Below are positions 39,363-49,521 of a stretch of DNA of 64,000 nt, in pieces. Every line of letters begins with the position of its first letter. Position 1 is the stretch's first letter. Origin of the DNA: a virus. The DNA is taken from IMG/VR virus record IMGVR_UViG_3300027788_001769, positions 72,769 through 136,768 of that record; one strand, given 5' to 3'. The position numbers were made by a program, and so were the translations under genes. The notes beneath the pieces were generated by a model, which worked only from the letters and a program-made list of their open reading frames with translations, was not told where the DNA came from and made no database searches.

Positions 39363-40721
39363 TTATTTGGATTGACTTTTTAAGAATTTTACTTCTTGTG
39401 GTGTTAATGCGTCCATTCCTTGTGTGAATATTTTATCTAATACACCATCCATATCTAATTCTACATCTGATGTAGTCGTAGTAGGTGATTCTGGCACTTC
39501 TGGTTCTGAAACATCATCTGGGTAAGTTTCTTCATAATCAGATTGACCCATTTCTTTTATAATGTCACCAACTATTCTTTTTAACTCATCCCTACCTCTA
39601 TCCGAATCACTTAAAACATCCTTAGTTAACCTAAACATTTCTTTTGCGTCCATACGAGCAAATTCACTAAATAGGTAGTTTTGTACCTCTCTTTTATCGT
39701 CTTGCATTAAATCATGTGGGTAAGCTTCTCTAAATTTTTCCCATATTACAGGACCTAAACGTAAATCCCAAATTTCAGCAGTTAAAGTATCCTCAGAATC
39801 CATAACCATTTGAGCTTGTCTAGGGTCGTCAGGTAGTCCTTGGGTTGCTAATACCTCCATAACTCCTTTTATTAATTCGTGTACCAAAACTGGAAAAGTT
39901 ATTCCTTGTGCTTTAACTGTAGGTGGGTCTGTATCTGGGTCAACCTCTTCTTTACCAGCCATCCCTTGTCCACTTTGTGCCATCATCATTGTAGTTTCAT
40001 CCGGCATAATCCAATAAACTAAATCATTCACTGACATCATTATACCGTATAAATTAATTAAATCTGGGTCTATATTATTTAATTCTTCGTTAACCATATG
40101 AAACATGTAGTGTCCTTTTTTAGAAGCTCCTTGGATTAGTTGGTTTAGAAATCTTCTTTTTTCTTTCTCAATGTCAAAATCCTCAAATTCTTCCATAGCT
40201 TCTTCTTCTGAATCTTGTTTTTGTTCTTGTTCTTGTTCACCACCACCCTGCATTCCACTCATGTCAATCTCACCCATCCCCACAATTTTTGCGTCAAATT
40301 GTAAAACGTCGTCTGGTATTGCCATATCTTCCTTAACAATTCTTACAGCTAAATCTTCTAATTGTTGTTTATTTTGTGCTTCTATTTGGAATATTCTTTG
40401 TACTGATGCCATTAACATTTGTTGTAATTGACCAAATGAACCTGGTGTAACATTCTCTATCCCAGTATAATGTTTTACCTTATCAACAACGTCTCTAAAT
40501 CTTTTAGATGCCACCAACTCCTCAAATGTATTTGGCACACCACTAGGGTCCACACTGGGGTAAGCTTCACTACCAGCACCAGGAAATTCACCACGTTCTA
40601 ATTTACCTTGTAGGGTAGGGTCCATTCTTTCTGGGTTATCACCATAATCAATAGGGGCTTCATTCATAGAATAAGATAACTTATCCAATTGTTCCTTAGT
40701 TATTAATATATCTTTTTTCAT
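39363..40721 (-). CDS. Acidic hypothetical protein with a C-terminal DUF6576-like helix pair
   Basis: 452 aa; ends LDMDGVLDKIFTQGMDALTPQEVKFL. Confidence 0.6.
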   Translation of the reverse strand: MKKDILITKEQLDKLSYSMNEAPIDYGDNPERMDPTLQGKLERGEFPGAGSEAYPSVDPSGVPNTFEELVASKRFRDVVDKVKHYTGIENVTPGSFGQLQQMLMASVQRIFQIEAQNKQQLEDLAVRIVKEDMAIPDDVLQFDAKIVGMGEIDMSGMQGGGEQEQEQKQDSEEEAMEEFEDFDIEKEKRRFLNQLIQGASKKGHYMFHMVNEELNNIDPDLINLYGIMMSVNDLVYWIMPDETTMMMAQSGQGMAGKEEVDPDTDPPTVKAQGITFPVLVHELIKGVMEVLATQGLPDDPRQAQMVMDSEDTLTAEIWDLRLGPVIWEKFREAYPHDLMQDDKREVQNYLFSEFARMDAKEMFRLTKDVLSDSDRGRDELKRIVGDIIKEMGQSDYEETYPDDVSEPEVPESPTTTTSDVELDMDGVLDKIFTQGMDALTPQEVKFLKSQSK

Positions 40722-42001
40722 TATTTTTTATACGCCTTTGGTTTGGGTTTATGTTTTGGTTGGTATGGTGATTTTCTACCTGGTTTTTTAGGTGTTTTTA
40801 AAGGTGTTGTTGTTGGTTTGGTTGTTGGTTCCGGCATAGTCAGTGGAGTATCCGCTGAGAATAAACTATCAAAATCTAACCATGATGGCAACTCCAAAGC
40901 CGCATCTTCAACATCAGGGTCAGTTACCGTTTCTAACCCAACGTCCATAGTCTTCATTTCTTTTATAGTCGTTATTAAATCTTTTTTAGACATTTGTGGT
41001 CTTTCATATTTTTCTACTAGATTAAGTAACCAGTTTTCCACCATATTTTTATCCATTGACTCGGATTTTTCAGTAGGTAATTCATCTGCATTTGGTGTGT
41101 TGGTGTAATCTTCTATAGCTGTCAGTGTCATTGATTTTGCTGCTTTTAAAACTGCGTCATTGTTACGTCCATCACCACATTTTGTATATTTACTTGTTTT
41201 ACAACTTTTTACTAAGTTATAAAAATTATATTGTTTTTTGGATACAGCTATTTCCAATAACTCTTTTTTAGTTATCGCTTCTGCTATATCACCATCGTTT
41301 TTATGTGAAGGACTATTTGGGTTGGAATCATCATCCATTCCATCATCTGCCATATCATCAGCATCATGTGGAACCTCTTGTCCACTAAGTTTTTCTCCAG
41401 CTAATGCATTCATATTACTTTGTTCCTCTATATCATCTTCATGTATCCCTGAACTATTTCCCATAGGTCCGTCTGATTGGTGTCCTTTTTCATTTGGGTT
41501 GGAAAACGAATATTTTGGTTCTGTAAACCCTATAGCTTCTTCCATATCATATCCGTCATATGCTTGTCCACCTTCTGGACCAGGTGACTGGAACCCTTCA
41601 GCGTCTGGGTTAGTAAAAGAAGGGTCATCTAAATACGCTGCGTTATCTGGGTCACCAAACATACCCTCTTCTAAATCATCTTCTAGAACATCCATCTCTT
41701 TACCTTCAGAATCTTTGTATTTTTTTGGTTCTGGGAACCTAGGGTCAGTTGTCCCTTCGTTAGTATCTACTGTGTTGGCTTTTTCTTGATTTATGTTAGC
41801 CATGTCCTGTTCGTATCTTTTTTGTATCTCTAACTGTTTTTTTAATATGTCTGATTTACTATCTTCTTCACCCAATAACCTACTGGAAAGAGTTAACAGT
41901 TGTTTATCAGTAAATTCTAAAAGGGTACTTAGTTGCATTCCTTTATTTGTGAGTTTATTATATAAATAAAGTCTATCTATTTTTAAGTTCTGTTTTTTCA
42001 T
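40721..42001 (-). CDS. Acidic low-complexity putative internal head protein
   Basis: Multiple L/IxE motifs, internal near-repeats, Pro/Lys-rich tail. Confidence 0.5.
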   Translation of the reverse strand: MKKQNLKIDRLYLYNKLTNKGMQLSTLLEFTDKQLLTLSSRLLGEEDSKSDILKKQLEIQKRYEQDMANINQEKANTVDTNEGTTDPRFPEPKKYKDSEGKEMDVLEDDLEEGMFGDPDNAAYLDDPSFTNPDAEGFQSPGPEGGQAYDGYDMEEAIGFTEPKYSFSNPNEKGHQSDGPMGNSSGIHEDDIEEQSNMNALAGEKLSGQEVPHDADDMADDGMDDDSNPNSPSHKNDGDIAEAITKKELLEIAVSKKQYNFYNLVKSCKTSKYTKCGDGRNNDAVLKAAKSMTLTAIEDYTNTPNADELPTEKSESMDKNMVENWLLNLVEKYERPQMSKKDLITTIKEMKTMDVGLETVTDPDVEDAALELPSWLDFDSLFSADTPLTMPEPTTKPTTTPLKTPKKPGRKSPYQPKHKPKPKAYKK

Positions 42002-42383
42002 TGTATTCTAAAATTAAATCTCTAATGTATAATTTATCGTCCACCATTTGCTTAGTATCACCAAATTTAAATACCAATCTTTTCTCTATACTAACATCTA
42101 AATCTTCTTCTATCTCTTTTTCCCAAGCTAAAGCTACAACATCATCTATAGAATCTACAAAAGAAAAGTAGTCGGACTCCTGGACTAGTGAAAACTCTAG
42201 ACCTTGCTTACTTAGAATACCTACATTGTTAACATATTCTACATCAGGTGGTTGTGGTTTTCCATTTGCTGGACTACTATCCCATTCTTCACCCCATACA
42301 TCAGTATCTGAAGAAAAAATGAACTCGTAAACGTAATTCCCTTTGAAATTAGGTCCGAGTTCATTTACATAAACCAATTTCAT
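41973..42383 (-). CDS. Hypothetical protein
   Basis: 136-aa ORF coupled to its neighbours. Confidence 0.7.
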   Translation of the reverse strand: MKLVYVNELGPNFKGNYVYEFIFSSDTDVWGEEWDSSPANGKPQPPDVEYVNNVGILSKQGLEFSLVQESDYFSFVDSIDDVVALAWEKEIEEDLDVSIEKRLVFKFGDTKQMVDDKLYIRDLILEYNEKTELKNR

Positions 42384-42384
42384 C

Positions 42385-43803
42385 CTACTTAATAATTTTT
42401 CCTTTTGCTGTTATTTGTACTACTTTGTTGTTTTCTTGTAAAACGATGTCACCTCTTTTATTTTGTCCTATTGGGCGAAATCCAGAATTTTCTTTAAGGA
42501 AACTTTTTACTAACACTTCTTGTTCGTAAGTCCTAAAAGATTCTTTTAAAGTTTTTTTTGACCTATTTTCTTTAATGTGTTGTTTTTTAAGTTGTTTTTT
42601 AAGTTGTTTTCTAACCAAATTTACATCACTACTTTCTTTTAATTCACTATTTGTGTACTTAAAGTATTTTTTTAATGATTTATTAATTTTTTCTGGTCTT
42701 GATTCATTAAAGATGTCTTCTATGTCACTAACAACATCCTCAACTTCACTTGAATCCATAGTATTTACCATCGCATCAACTTCTTCTTCACCATCGTCCT
42801 CACTTAAATGTTTTTCAGTGAATTTTTCAGCACCTGCAGTCATAGCAGCTCCCGCAGCAATTTTAGCTAAATTAGCCCACATTTCTTGGGTGTCCTGTTC
42901 TCCTCTATGTGCTGTTGTTTCCTCCAGTTCCATATCCTCATCCTCAAAGTCCATACCTTCATCTTCAAAGTCCATATCTTCACCACCAAAATCTAATTCC
43001 TCTTCACCACTTATGTCAACATCAAACTCACCGTCTTCACTATATTCCATGTCTTCTTCACTTTCTAACTTATCCACTATATCCTCAACGTCCTCACTAG
43101 TTAGTTGATTTGTGTCAACAGCTGAAATAATAGAGTTAATTACGTATTTTATCATATCCGCATCTAAATCTTCTTCAAACTCTCTTAATTTCTGACCTAA
43201 TTTCCCAGTTAACTTTTGTATTGTTTTGGTGGGGTCTTCAAACTTTTTATCAGCATCCATATCAGCATCCATATCGATATCAACATCCATCTCTTCTTCC
43301 CCTCCAGTGTCCATATCTAAATCTAAGTCTTCTTCGGAATCTAAATCTAAATCCATGTCATCACCTTCTTCTTCTGTATCTAAGGTAAAATCCATTTCTT
43401 CCTCTTCTGTTTCAGGTTCAGGCGTGTTTAACACATACTTTTTTTGTTCCCCAATTAAAGGATTAGAGTTACCACCATTAAATTCCTCGTTAATAGGTTT
43501 AAATATTAAGTTTAATTTTTTTAACGCTTTAGCGTAAGATGAAAAAGTTTGTTGTTTACTATTTTGCATACCATTTAGATAATCTAAAGAATCTAAATCT
43601 TTTCCTCTTTTTATTATATAATTAGAATTCTCCTGTATAATAGCGTATGTATTACCATCATGAGATTGTTTGCTATAAGCAACGGTTTTATAACTCTTAG
43701 GTGAAACTTCTTGTCTATCACCAAAAGTAGCTATTTCCATAATTCTTTTTAGTTTTTGATTTAATGGAAGTTTTTCACTTCCCACTGGTTTTAAGTCTGC
43801 CAT
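42385..43803 (-). CDS. Very acidic putative prohead/internal protein
   Basis: Asp/Glu/Met tracts; LIGE, FNES and LKES motifs. Confidence 0.55.
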   Translation of the reverse strand: MADLKPVGSEKLPLNQKLKRIMEIATFGDRQEVSPKSYKTVAYSKQSHDGNTYAIIQENSNYIIKRGKDLDSLDYLNGMQNSKQQTFSSYAKALKKLNLIFKPINEEFNGGNSNPLIGEQKKYVLNTPEPETEEEEMDFTLDTEEEGDDMDLDLDSEEDLDLDMDTGGEEEMDVDIDMDADMDADKKFEDPTKTIQKLTGKLGQKLREFEEDLDADMIKYVINSIISAVDTNQLTSEDVEDIVDKLESEEDMEYSEDGEFDVDISGEEELDFGGEDMDFEDEGMDFEDEDMELEETTAHRGEQDTQEMWANLAKIAAGAAMTAGAEKFTEKHLSEDDGEEEVDAMVNTMDSSEVEDVVSDIEDIFNESRPEKINKSLKKYFKYTNSELKESSDVNLVRKQLKKQLKKQHIKENRSKKTLKESFRTYEQEVLVKSFLKENSGFRPIGQNKRGDIVLQENNKVVQITAKGKIIK

Positions 43804-43830
43804 TTTATTTTTTGTTTTTTCTAATTTATT

Positions 43831-44271
43831 TTAATTTCTTAGTCCTTGTATCCCTAACCTATAATATGTAGTATCTGGGTCACTTCTATGATTTACTGGA
43901 CGAACTCCCCCAGAATTACCTCCCAATCCACTACCACCATCACCACCGATAAAAGTATCACCACTATAGTTATACGCTATACTTTGACTTGGGTATGCAA
44001 AAGCACTTAGTGGGTCACTACAGTCGTGACAACTACAAATAAAACACGCGTTAGTGAGAGTACCTGATATGGTGGAAATGCCAACATCTAACGTACCACC
44101 ATCTATCAACCCTATGGTTGCACCGTTAACAACTAAACTAGAAACAACACCACTTGCTAGTATACTATGACAAGTTGTACCGGTCAATGTACCATCTGAT
44201 GTAAGGTATGGTTGAATTGCTACCCCACAATATAATTTATCACCACCATGAATTCCTGCGTAATCTGACAT
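43831..44271 (-). CDS. Small Gly/Cys-rich putative virion protein
   Basis: CFICSCHDC; late motif at 44291-44298. Confidence 0.55.
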   Translation of the reverse strand: MSDYAGIHGGDKLYCGVAIQPYLTSDGTLTGTTCHSILASGVVSSLVVNGATIGLIDGGTLDVGISTISGTLTNACFICSCHDCSDPLSAFAYPSQSIAYNYSGDTFIGGDGGSGLGGNSGGVRPVNHRSDPDTTYYRLGIQGLRN

Positions 44272-44325
44272 ATTTTTTGTTTTATTTATCTATAAATATT
44301 ATGTATAGTAGAAAACCACCCATAA

Positions 44326-45093
44326 TTAATCCAAACTTAGCTCAACATCTATAAGTTTATTTTTTAGTTTAAATAGTTTTTTTAAATAACCGCTCCTTCT
44401 TAAAAATTTAAAAGCTAAATTTTCGTATGAAAACTCACCACCTTTTTCTAAGCCACAAGACCTAAATCTCTTTACTCTTTTTTTAACTCTGTCTATCATT
44501 TCTAAAATATCAGAAGGTGGTAACTCATACGCTTTAGTATATAAATCATCTATAATCTCCATCCACCCTTTTGATTTTTCAAGTACTTTTTTAAAGTCTA
44601 CTTCTGTAACTTCCAACTTCTCTGGTTCCACCAACCACTTATTAAATAGTACCGAATAAACCCCAGAAGAAAAATGTAGTTCCGAAGGGTCTTGAGCGTA
44701 CACCTCAACCTCATAACCTTTAATGTTAACATCATGAGTAGAGTTCCATAAATTTTTTTTAGTGTTTAAAAGATTTTTAACTAAATTTTTATTTTCATCT
44801 ACAGAGTTAAAATCTAAAATAAGGTGTAAGTCTATATCTGAAAATTCTGACCAATTATAATTAGATATACTACCTGTTATTGTAATATCATCTATGTCAC
44901 AGTCTTTAGTGTCTACATCACACGCTAATCCGTCTAAGTTTATAAAATCTAAAAAATCATTAGTGACCAACAATAGTTTTTTTCTAATGTCTGGTCGCAA
45001 GGTAAATTCCCCATCTAACCCCCTAGTCCAAATTTTAGGATTTAAATTATTTTTAACTTCAAAGCTTGAAAGTATTTTAGATGCAAGTGTCAT
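44326..45093 (-). CDS. Pol-beta superfamily nucleotidyltransferase
   Basis: ITGSISNYNWSEFSDIDLH (hGS...DxD) and EVEVY (third carboxylate). Confidence 0.75.
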   Translation of the reverse strand: MTLASKILSSFEVKNNLNPKIWTRGLDGEFTLRPDIRKKLLLVTNDFLDFINLDGLACDVDTKDCDIDDITITGSISNYNWSEFSDIDLHLILDFNSVDENKNLVKNLLNTKKNLWNSTHDVNIKGYEVEVYAQDPSELHFSSGVYSVLFNKWLVEPEKLEVTEVDFKKVLEKSKGWMEIIDDLYTKAYELPPSDILEMIDRVKKRVKRFRSCGLEKGGEFSYENLAFKFLRRSGYLKKLFKLKNKLIDVELSLD

Positions 45094-45129
45094 AAACATA
45101 AATAGTTTTAAAAAGTGCTTAGGTTGATA

Positions 45130-45378
45130 TTAGTTACCTAGTAATTTAAAGTCGTATTTTTTTGCTATTTTTGTACTAAAGTATTGTCCCTGACTTTTGG
45201 CTTTTCTGAATGATGCACACACATGGCTAGGAACATCTAAGTATTCGTATTTTCTTCCACCATTAAATTCTATGATTAATTTTTTAGTGTCTGTTTCATA
45301 GATTGACGACTTAATGTTAGATGATTTATACTTGTTTATAATCTTTTCTTCTTGGTATATTTCTGATAGTACTCCCAT
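45130..45378 (-). CDS. KTSC-domain protein
   Basis: SSNIKSSIYE...LIIEFNGGRKYEYLDVP...AKSQGQYF. Confidence 0.85.
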   Translation of the reverse strand: MGVLSEIYQEEKIINKYKSSNIKSSIYETDTKKLIIEFNGGRKYEYLDVPSHVCASFRKAKSQGQYFSTKIAKKYDFKLLGN

Positions 45379-45407
45379 TGTTTTTTATTTATAAATAACT
45401 AGAAATT

Positions 45408-45431
45408 AAAAAACCCCCATTTCTGGGGGCT
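45408..45431 (-). terminator. Intrinsic terminator after dnaK
   Basis: Minus strand reads AGCCCCC-AGAAAT-GGGGGTTTTTT. Confidence 0.85.
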
Positions 45432-45437
45432 TTATTT

Positions 45438-47297
45438 TTAAACTTCTTCGTATTCTACGTCAGTTATGTCTTCTTCAGACTCTTCACTAGTCTCACCAGT
45501 ATCTGTATTCTCATACATTTTTTGAGATATGGATTGCCATTTATTGTTAACTTCTTCTAACTGTTTATCAATCTCATCTAGATTCTTATCTGATATAGAC
45601 GTTTTTAGTTGGGTGATGGACTCCATTAAACTTTCCTTATCACCTTCTTCGATTTTCTCACCTAACTCATTAATTTGTTTTTCTGTCTGGAAAACCATTG
45701 CGTCAGCCTCATTTAACTTATCAATTCCGTCTTTCTTTTTTTTGTCTTCCTCAGCATTACTTTCAGCTTCATCTCTCATTTTTTGTATTTCCTCATCTGT
45801 TAAACTACTACCAGACTCAATTTTAATGTTTTGTATCTTACCAGTACCTTTATCCATTGCTTTAACATCTATAATTCCATTTGCGTCGATATCAAACGTA
45901 ACCTCAATCTGTGGAATACCTCTAGAAGATGGTGGGATATCCGTTAGTTGGAACCTACCTAAACTTCTATTATCACTAGACATAGGTCTTTCACCCTGTA
46001 ACACATGAATGTCCACAGATGGTTGGTTATCTACTGCTGTAGAGAACACTTGTGATTTAGATGTCGGTATTGTGGTGTTAGACTCTATTAAATTAGTCAT
46101 TACGCCACCCATTGTTTCTATACCTAAGGATAGTGGGGTAACGTCCAGTAGGAGTACATCAGTTACGTCCCCACCTAAAACACCACCTTGTATTGCTGCC
46201 CCCATCGCAACTACCTCATCTGGATTAACTCCTTTAGATGGTTTTTTGTTAAATAGTTTTTCTACAGCTTCTTGTATGATAGGAATTCTAGTTGAACCAC
46301 CTACTAGGATGACCTCATCTATTTCACTTACTTTTAACTTAGCATCTTTTATTGCTTTTCTACAAGGGGTAAGACTTTTTTTAATTAAATCTCCCACCAT
46401 AGACTCAAACTTAGCTCTAGTCAATTCCTTAACTAAATGTTTTGGGCCTGTGTTATCCGCTGTTAGATAAGGTAAGTTAATTTCCGTTGTCATAGAATTA
46501 GATAACTCTACTTTTGCTTTTTCAGAAGCTTCTCTTAAACGTTGTAACGCTGCAGAGTCAGAAGAAAGGTCCATACCAGTATCTGTTTTAAATTCTTTTA
46601 ATAACCACTCGATTATTTTTTCATCAAAGTTATCACCACCTAAATGGGTATCCCCGTTAGTCGACTTAACTTCAAAAACTCCACCCCCAATCTCTAGTAT
46701 TGAGATGTCAAAAGTACCCCCACCTAAATCATACACAGCTATTGTCTTATCTTCTTTACTATCTAAACCGTAAGCCAATGCAGCTGCAGTCGGTTCATTG
46801 ATTATCCTTAACACGTTTAACCCAGCGATTTCACCAGCTTCTTTTGTAGCATTTCTTTGTTCATCATTAAAGTATGCTGGTACTGTTATAACCGCATCTG
46901 TTACTTTAGACCCCAGATAGTCCTCAGCTGTCTTTTTTAAGTTTTGTAATATAACCGCAGATATTTCTTGTGGCACATACGTTTTATCCTCGACTATAAT
47001 AGATACGGTACCGTTTGTACCTTTTTCTACTTTATAAGCCATTTTTTTTGCTTCTTTACTAATCTCACTATACTTACTACCTATAAATCTCTTTACTGAG
47101 TAAACAGTATTTTCAGGGTTAGTTACTGATTGTCTTTTTGCTGGGTCACCAACAGAACGGTCTCCTCCTTTAAAGGACACTATAGATGGTGTTGTTCTTT
47201 TTCCTTCCCCATTAACGATAATGTTAGGTACACCCCCCTCCACTACTGAGACACATGAATTTGTGGTCCCCAAATCAATTCCAATAATTTTCTTCAT
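45438..47297 (-). CDS. dnaK: Hsp70 chaperone DnaK
   Basis: [55 protein letters not shown]. Confidence 0.98.
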   Translation of the reverse strand: MKKIIGIDLGTTNSCVSVVEGGVPNIIVNGEGKRTTPSIVSFKGGDRSVGDPAKRQSVTNPENTVYSVKRFIGSKYSEISKEAKKMAYKVEKGTNGTVSIIVEDKTYVPQEISAVILQNLKKTAEDYLGSKVTDAVITVPAYFNDEQRNATKEAGEIAGLNVLRIINEPTAAALAYGLDSKEDKTIAVYDLGGGTFDISILEIGGGVFEVKSTNGDTHLGGDNFDEKIIEWLLKEFKTDTGMDLSSDSAALQRLREASEKAKVELSNSMTTEINLPYLTADNTGPKHLVKELTRAKFESMVGDLIKKSLTPCRKAIKDAKLKVSEIDEVILVGGSTRIPIIQEAVEKLFNKKPSKGVNPDEVVAMGAAIQGGVLGGDVTDVLLLDVTPLSLGIETMGGVMTNLIESNTTIPTSKSQVFSTAVDNQPSVDIHVLQGERPMSSDNRSLGRFQLTDIPPSSRGIPQIEVTFDIDANGIIDVKAMDKGTGKIQNIKIESGSSLTDEEIQKMRDEAESNAEEDKKKKDGIDKLNEADAMVFQTEKQINELGEKIEEGDKESLMESITQLKTSISDKNLDEIDKQLEEVNNKWQSISQKMYENTDTGETSEESEEDITDVEYEEV

Positions 47298-47390
47298 TTT
47301 TAATATTATTTTATTTTATTTTTATTATGTTTGTACTAATATACAACACTTATTGTAATATACAAATAGTATACCATTACATTGAGAAAG

Positions 47391-47430
47391 TCAACCTGTC
47401 ATTAGTAGGTGACATTATGTCAGGGGTTGA
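47391..47430. promoter_or_regulatory. Palindromic operator-like element between the divergent dnaK and clpC promoters
   Basis: TGACA-TTA-TGTCA (47410-47422), an extra TGTCA (47397-47401), and outward-facing TTGA boxes on both sides. Confidence 0.6.
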
Positions 47431-47470
47431 TTTTAAGTGGAATTAATTATAAATTTATAAAAAAAGAAAT

Positions 47471-49507
47471 ATGGAAGACCTATCTAACAATTTTTCAGAG
47501 TTTGAAAACAAAGACGAAAACAGAATGCCTAAAAAAGAAAAAACCGGTACCGCCTCAAAAACACCAATCCTAGATAACTTTTCTAGAGATTTAATTGTTC
47601 TTGCGGAAGAAGGTAAATTAGACCCAGTAGTGGGTAGAAAAGACGAAATAACTAGAATTGCTCAAATCCTTTCTAGACGTAAAAAAAATAACCCTATACT
47701 GATAGGTGAACCTGGATGTGGGAAAACTGCATTAGTGGAGGGATTAGCTATGAGAATCCACAATGGAAAATGTCCAAGAAATTTATTGGATAAAAGAATA
47801 GTAGCTTTAGACTTAACATCTATAGTAGCAGGAACCAAATATAGAGGTCAGTTTGAGGAGAGAATGAAAGCTGTTTTAGATGAGTTATATGATAATCCAG
47901 ACATTATAGTTTTTATAGACGAAATACATACCGTAGTTGGTACTGGTAACTCTTCTGGTTCTCTAGATGCTGCAAATATATTTAAACCAGCACTAGCAAG
48001 GGGTGAACTACAATGTGTAGGAGCAACAACCATAGATGAATATAGAGAAAACATAGAATCAGATGGTGCTTTAGTTAGAAGGTTTCAGAAAGTGACGGTA
48101 GACCCAACATCTATAGAGGAAACATTACAAATCCTTAAGAACATAAGAGACAAATATGAAGACCACCATAAGGTTAAATTTAGTGATAAATGCTTATCTA
48201 TGTGTGTAAATCTAGCTGAAAGATACATTACAGATAGGGAATTCCCAGATAAAGCTATAGACATTTTAGATGAGGTAGGGGCAAAAGTTCAAGTGGAGAT
48301 AGAGTACCCTAAGGAGATTGAGGACTTACGGAAAAAGATAAGTGACGTAAAAGAACAAAAAGTTAATGTTGTAAAAAACCAAGCTTTTGAACGTGCAGCG
48401 GAACTTAGGGATAAAGAAAAAAACCTAATAACTAAATTAGAAGACACTAAACTAACTTGGGAGTCATCTTTAGAAGACACTAGAAGAGAAGTTACTGAAG
48501 ATGATATTTTCAGTGTGGTTTCCCAAATGACTAAAATACCTTTAAAAAGACTAACTGATGATGAAAGTGAAAGTTTATTACAATTAGAAACTCTTTTAAA
48601 TAAGTCAGTAGTGGGTCAACCACAAGCAATAAAAAAGATATCTAAAGCCATTAGAAGGAATAGGGTCGGTATTAGAGAACATAAGAAACCTATTGGAGCA
48701 TTTATGTTCTTAGGGTCCACTGGAATTGGTAAGACATTATTGGCAAAAGCTATAGCAAAAGAAATTTTTGGGGACGAAAACAATTTAATTAGAGTGGATA
48801 TGTCGGAATATAAAGAAAGATTTACCTCTTCCAGGCTAATAGGTTCACCTCCTGGATACGTTGGGTACAACCAAGGGGGACAACTAACTGAAGCTGTAAG
48901 AAAAAACCCTTACTCAGTTGTTCTACTTGATGAGATTGAGAAGGCTCATGAAAACATTTATGATTTACTATTACAAATATTAGATGAAGGCCATTTAACA
49001 GATGGTTTAGGTAGAAAGATTAATTTTAAAAATACCTTAATAATAATGACTTCAAACGTGGGTAGTAGGCAACTACAGGACTTTGGTAGTGGTTTAGGGT
49101 TTATGACTAGTTCTAAACAAAGTCACGAAGATGAGGAACAAAAAAACGTTATAACTAAGGCATTAAAAAATAAATTTAGTCCAGAGTTTTTAAACAGACT
49201 AGACGAAACTATAGTATTCAACCCTCTAGACCATAAAAACATAAAAGAAATTGTTAAATTAGAGCTTGCTAACTTAAAAACAAGACTAGATGAAATGGGG
49301 TACAAATTTAAATTTGATGCTAGTGTAGTAAATTATATTGCTGATGATGGGTTCGATGATAAGTTTGGGGCAAGACCAATAAAAAGAACAATACAAATAA
49401 AGATAGAGGATTATATATCTGAAGAAGTATTAAAAAGGAATATAGTTGTGGATAAATCCTATATGTTGTCTATACGTAAAAAGGACGGAAAAATTACTAT
49501 AAAATAA
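47471..49507 (+). CDS. clpC: ClpC-type AAA+ unfoldase lacking the N-terminal Clp_N domain
   Basis: GEPGCGKT, IDEIH, FPDKAID, UVR-like M-domain (FERAAELRD), GSTGIGKT, LLDEIEKAH, GLGF loop, GARP. Confidence 0.9.
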   Translation: MEDLSNNFSEFENKDENRMPKKEKTGTASKTPILDNFSRDLIVLAEEGKLDPVVGRKDEITRIAQILSRRKKNNPILIGEPGCGKTALVEGLAMRIHNGKCPRNLLDKRIVALDLTSIVAGTKYRGQFEERMKAVLDELYDNPDIIVFIDEIHTVVGTGNSSGSLDAANIFKPALARGELQCVGATTIDEYRENIESDGALVRRFQKVTVDPTSIEETLQILKNIRDKYEDHHKVKFSDKCLSMCVNLAERYITDREFPDKAIDILDEVGAKVQVEIEYPKEIEDLRKKISDVKEQKVNVVKNQAFERAAELRDKEKNLITKLEDTKLTWESSLEDTRREVTEDDIFSVVSQMTKIPLKRLTDDESESLLQLETLLNKSVVGQPQAIKKISKAIRRNRVGIREHKKPIGAFMFLGSTGIGKTLLAKAIAKEIFGDENNLIRVDMSEYKERFTSSRLIGSPPGYVGYNQGGQLTEAVRKNPYSVVLLDEIEKAHENIYDLLLQILDEGHLTDGLGRKINFKNTLIIMTSNVGSRQLQDFGSGLGFMTSSKQSHEDEEQKNVITKALKNKFSPEFLNRLDETIVFNPLDHKNIKEIVKLELANLKTRLDEMGYKFKFDASVVNYIADDGFDDKFGARPIKRTIQIKIEDYISEEVLKRNIVVDKSYMLSIRKKDGKITIK

Positions 49508-49521
49508 TATAACTTTTTACA

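Noticed and set aside
20965-48870. Long antisense ORFs (e.g. 22284-22988, 32488-33069, 41238-41789, 42575-43108, 45529-46470)
   Set aside because: Ser/Ile/Phe-rich shadows of Glu/Asp/Lys-rich genes on the opposite strand
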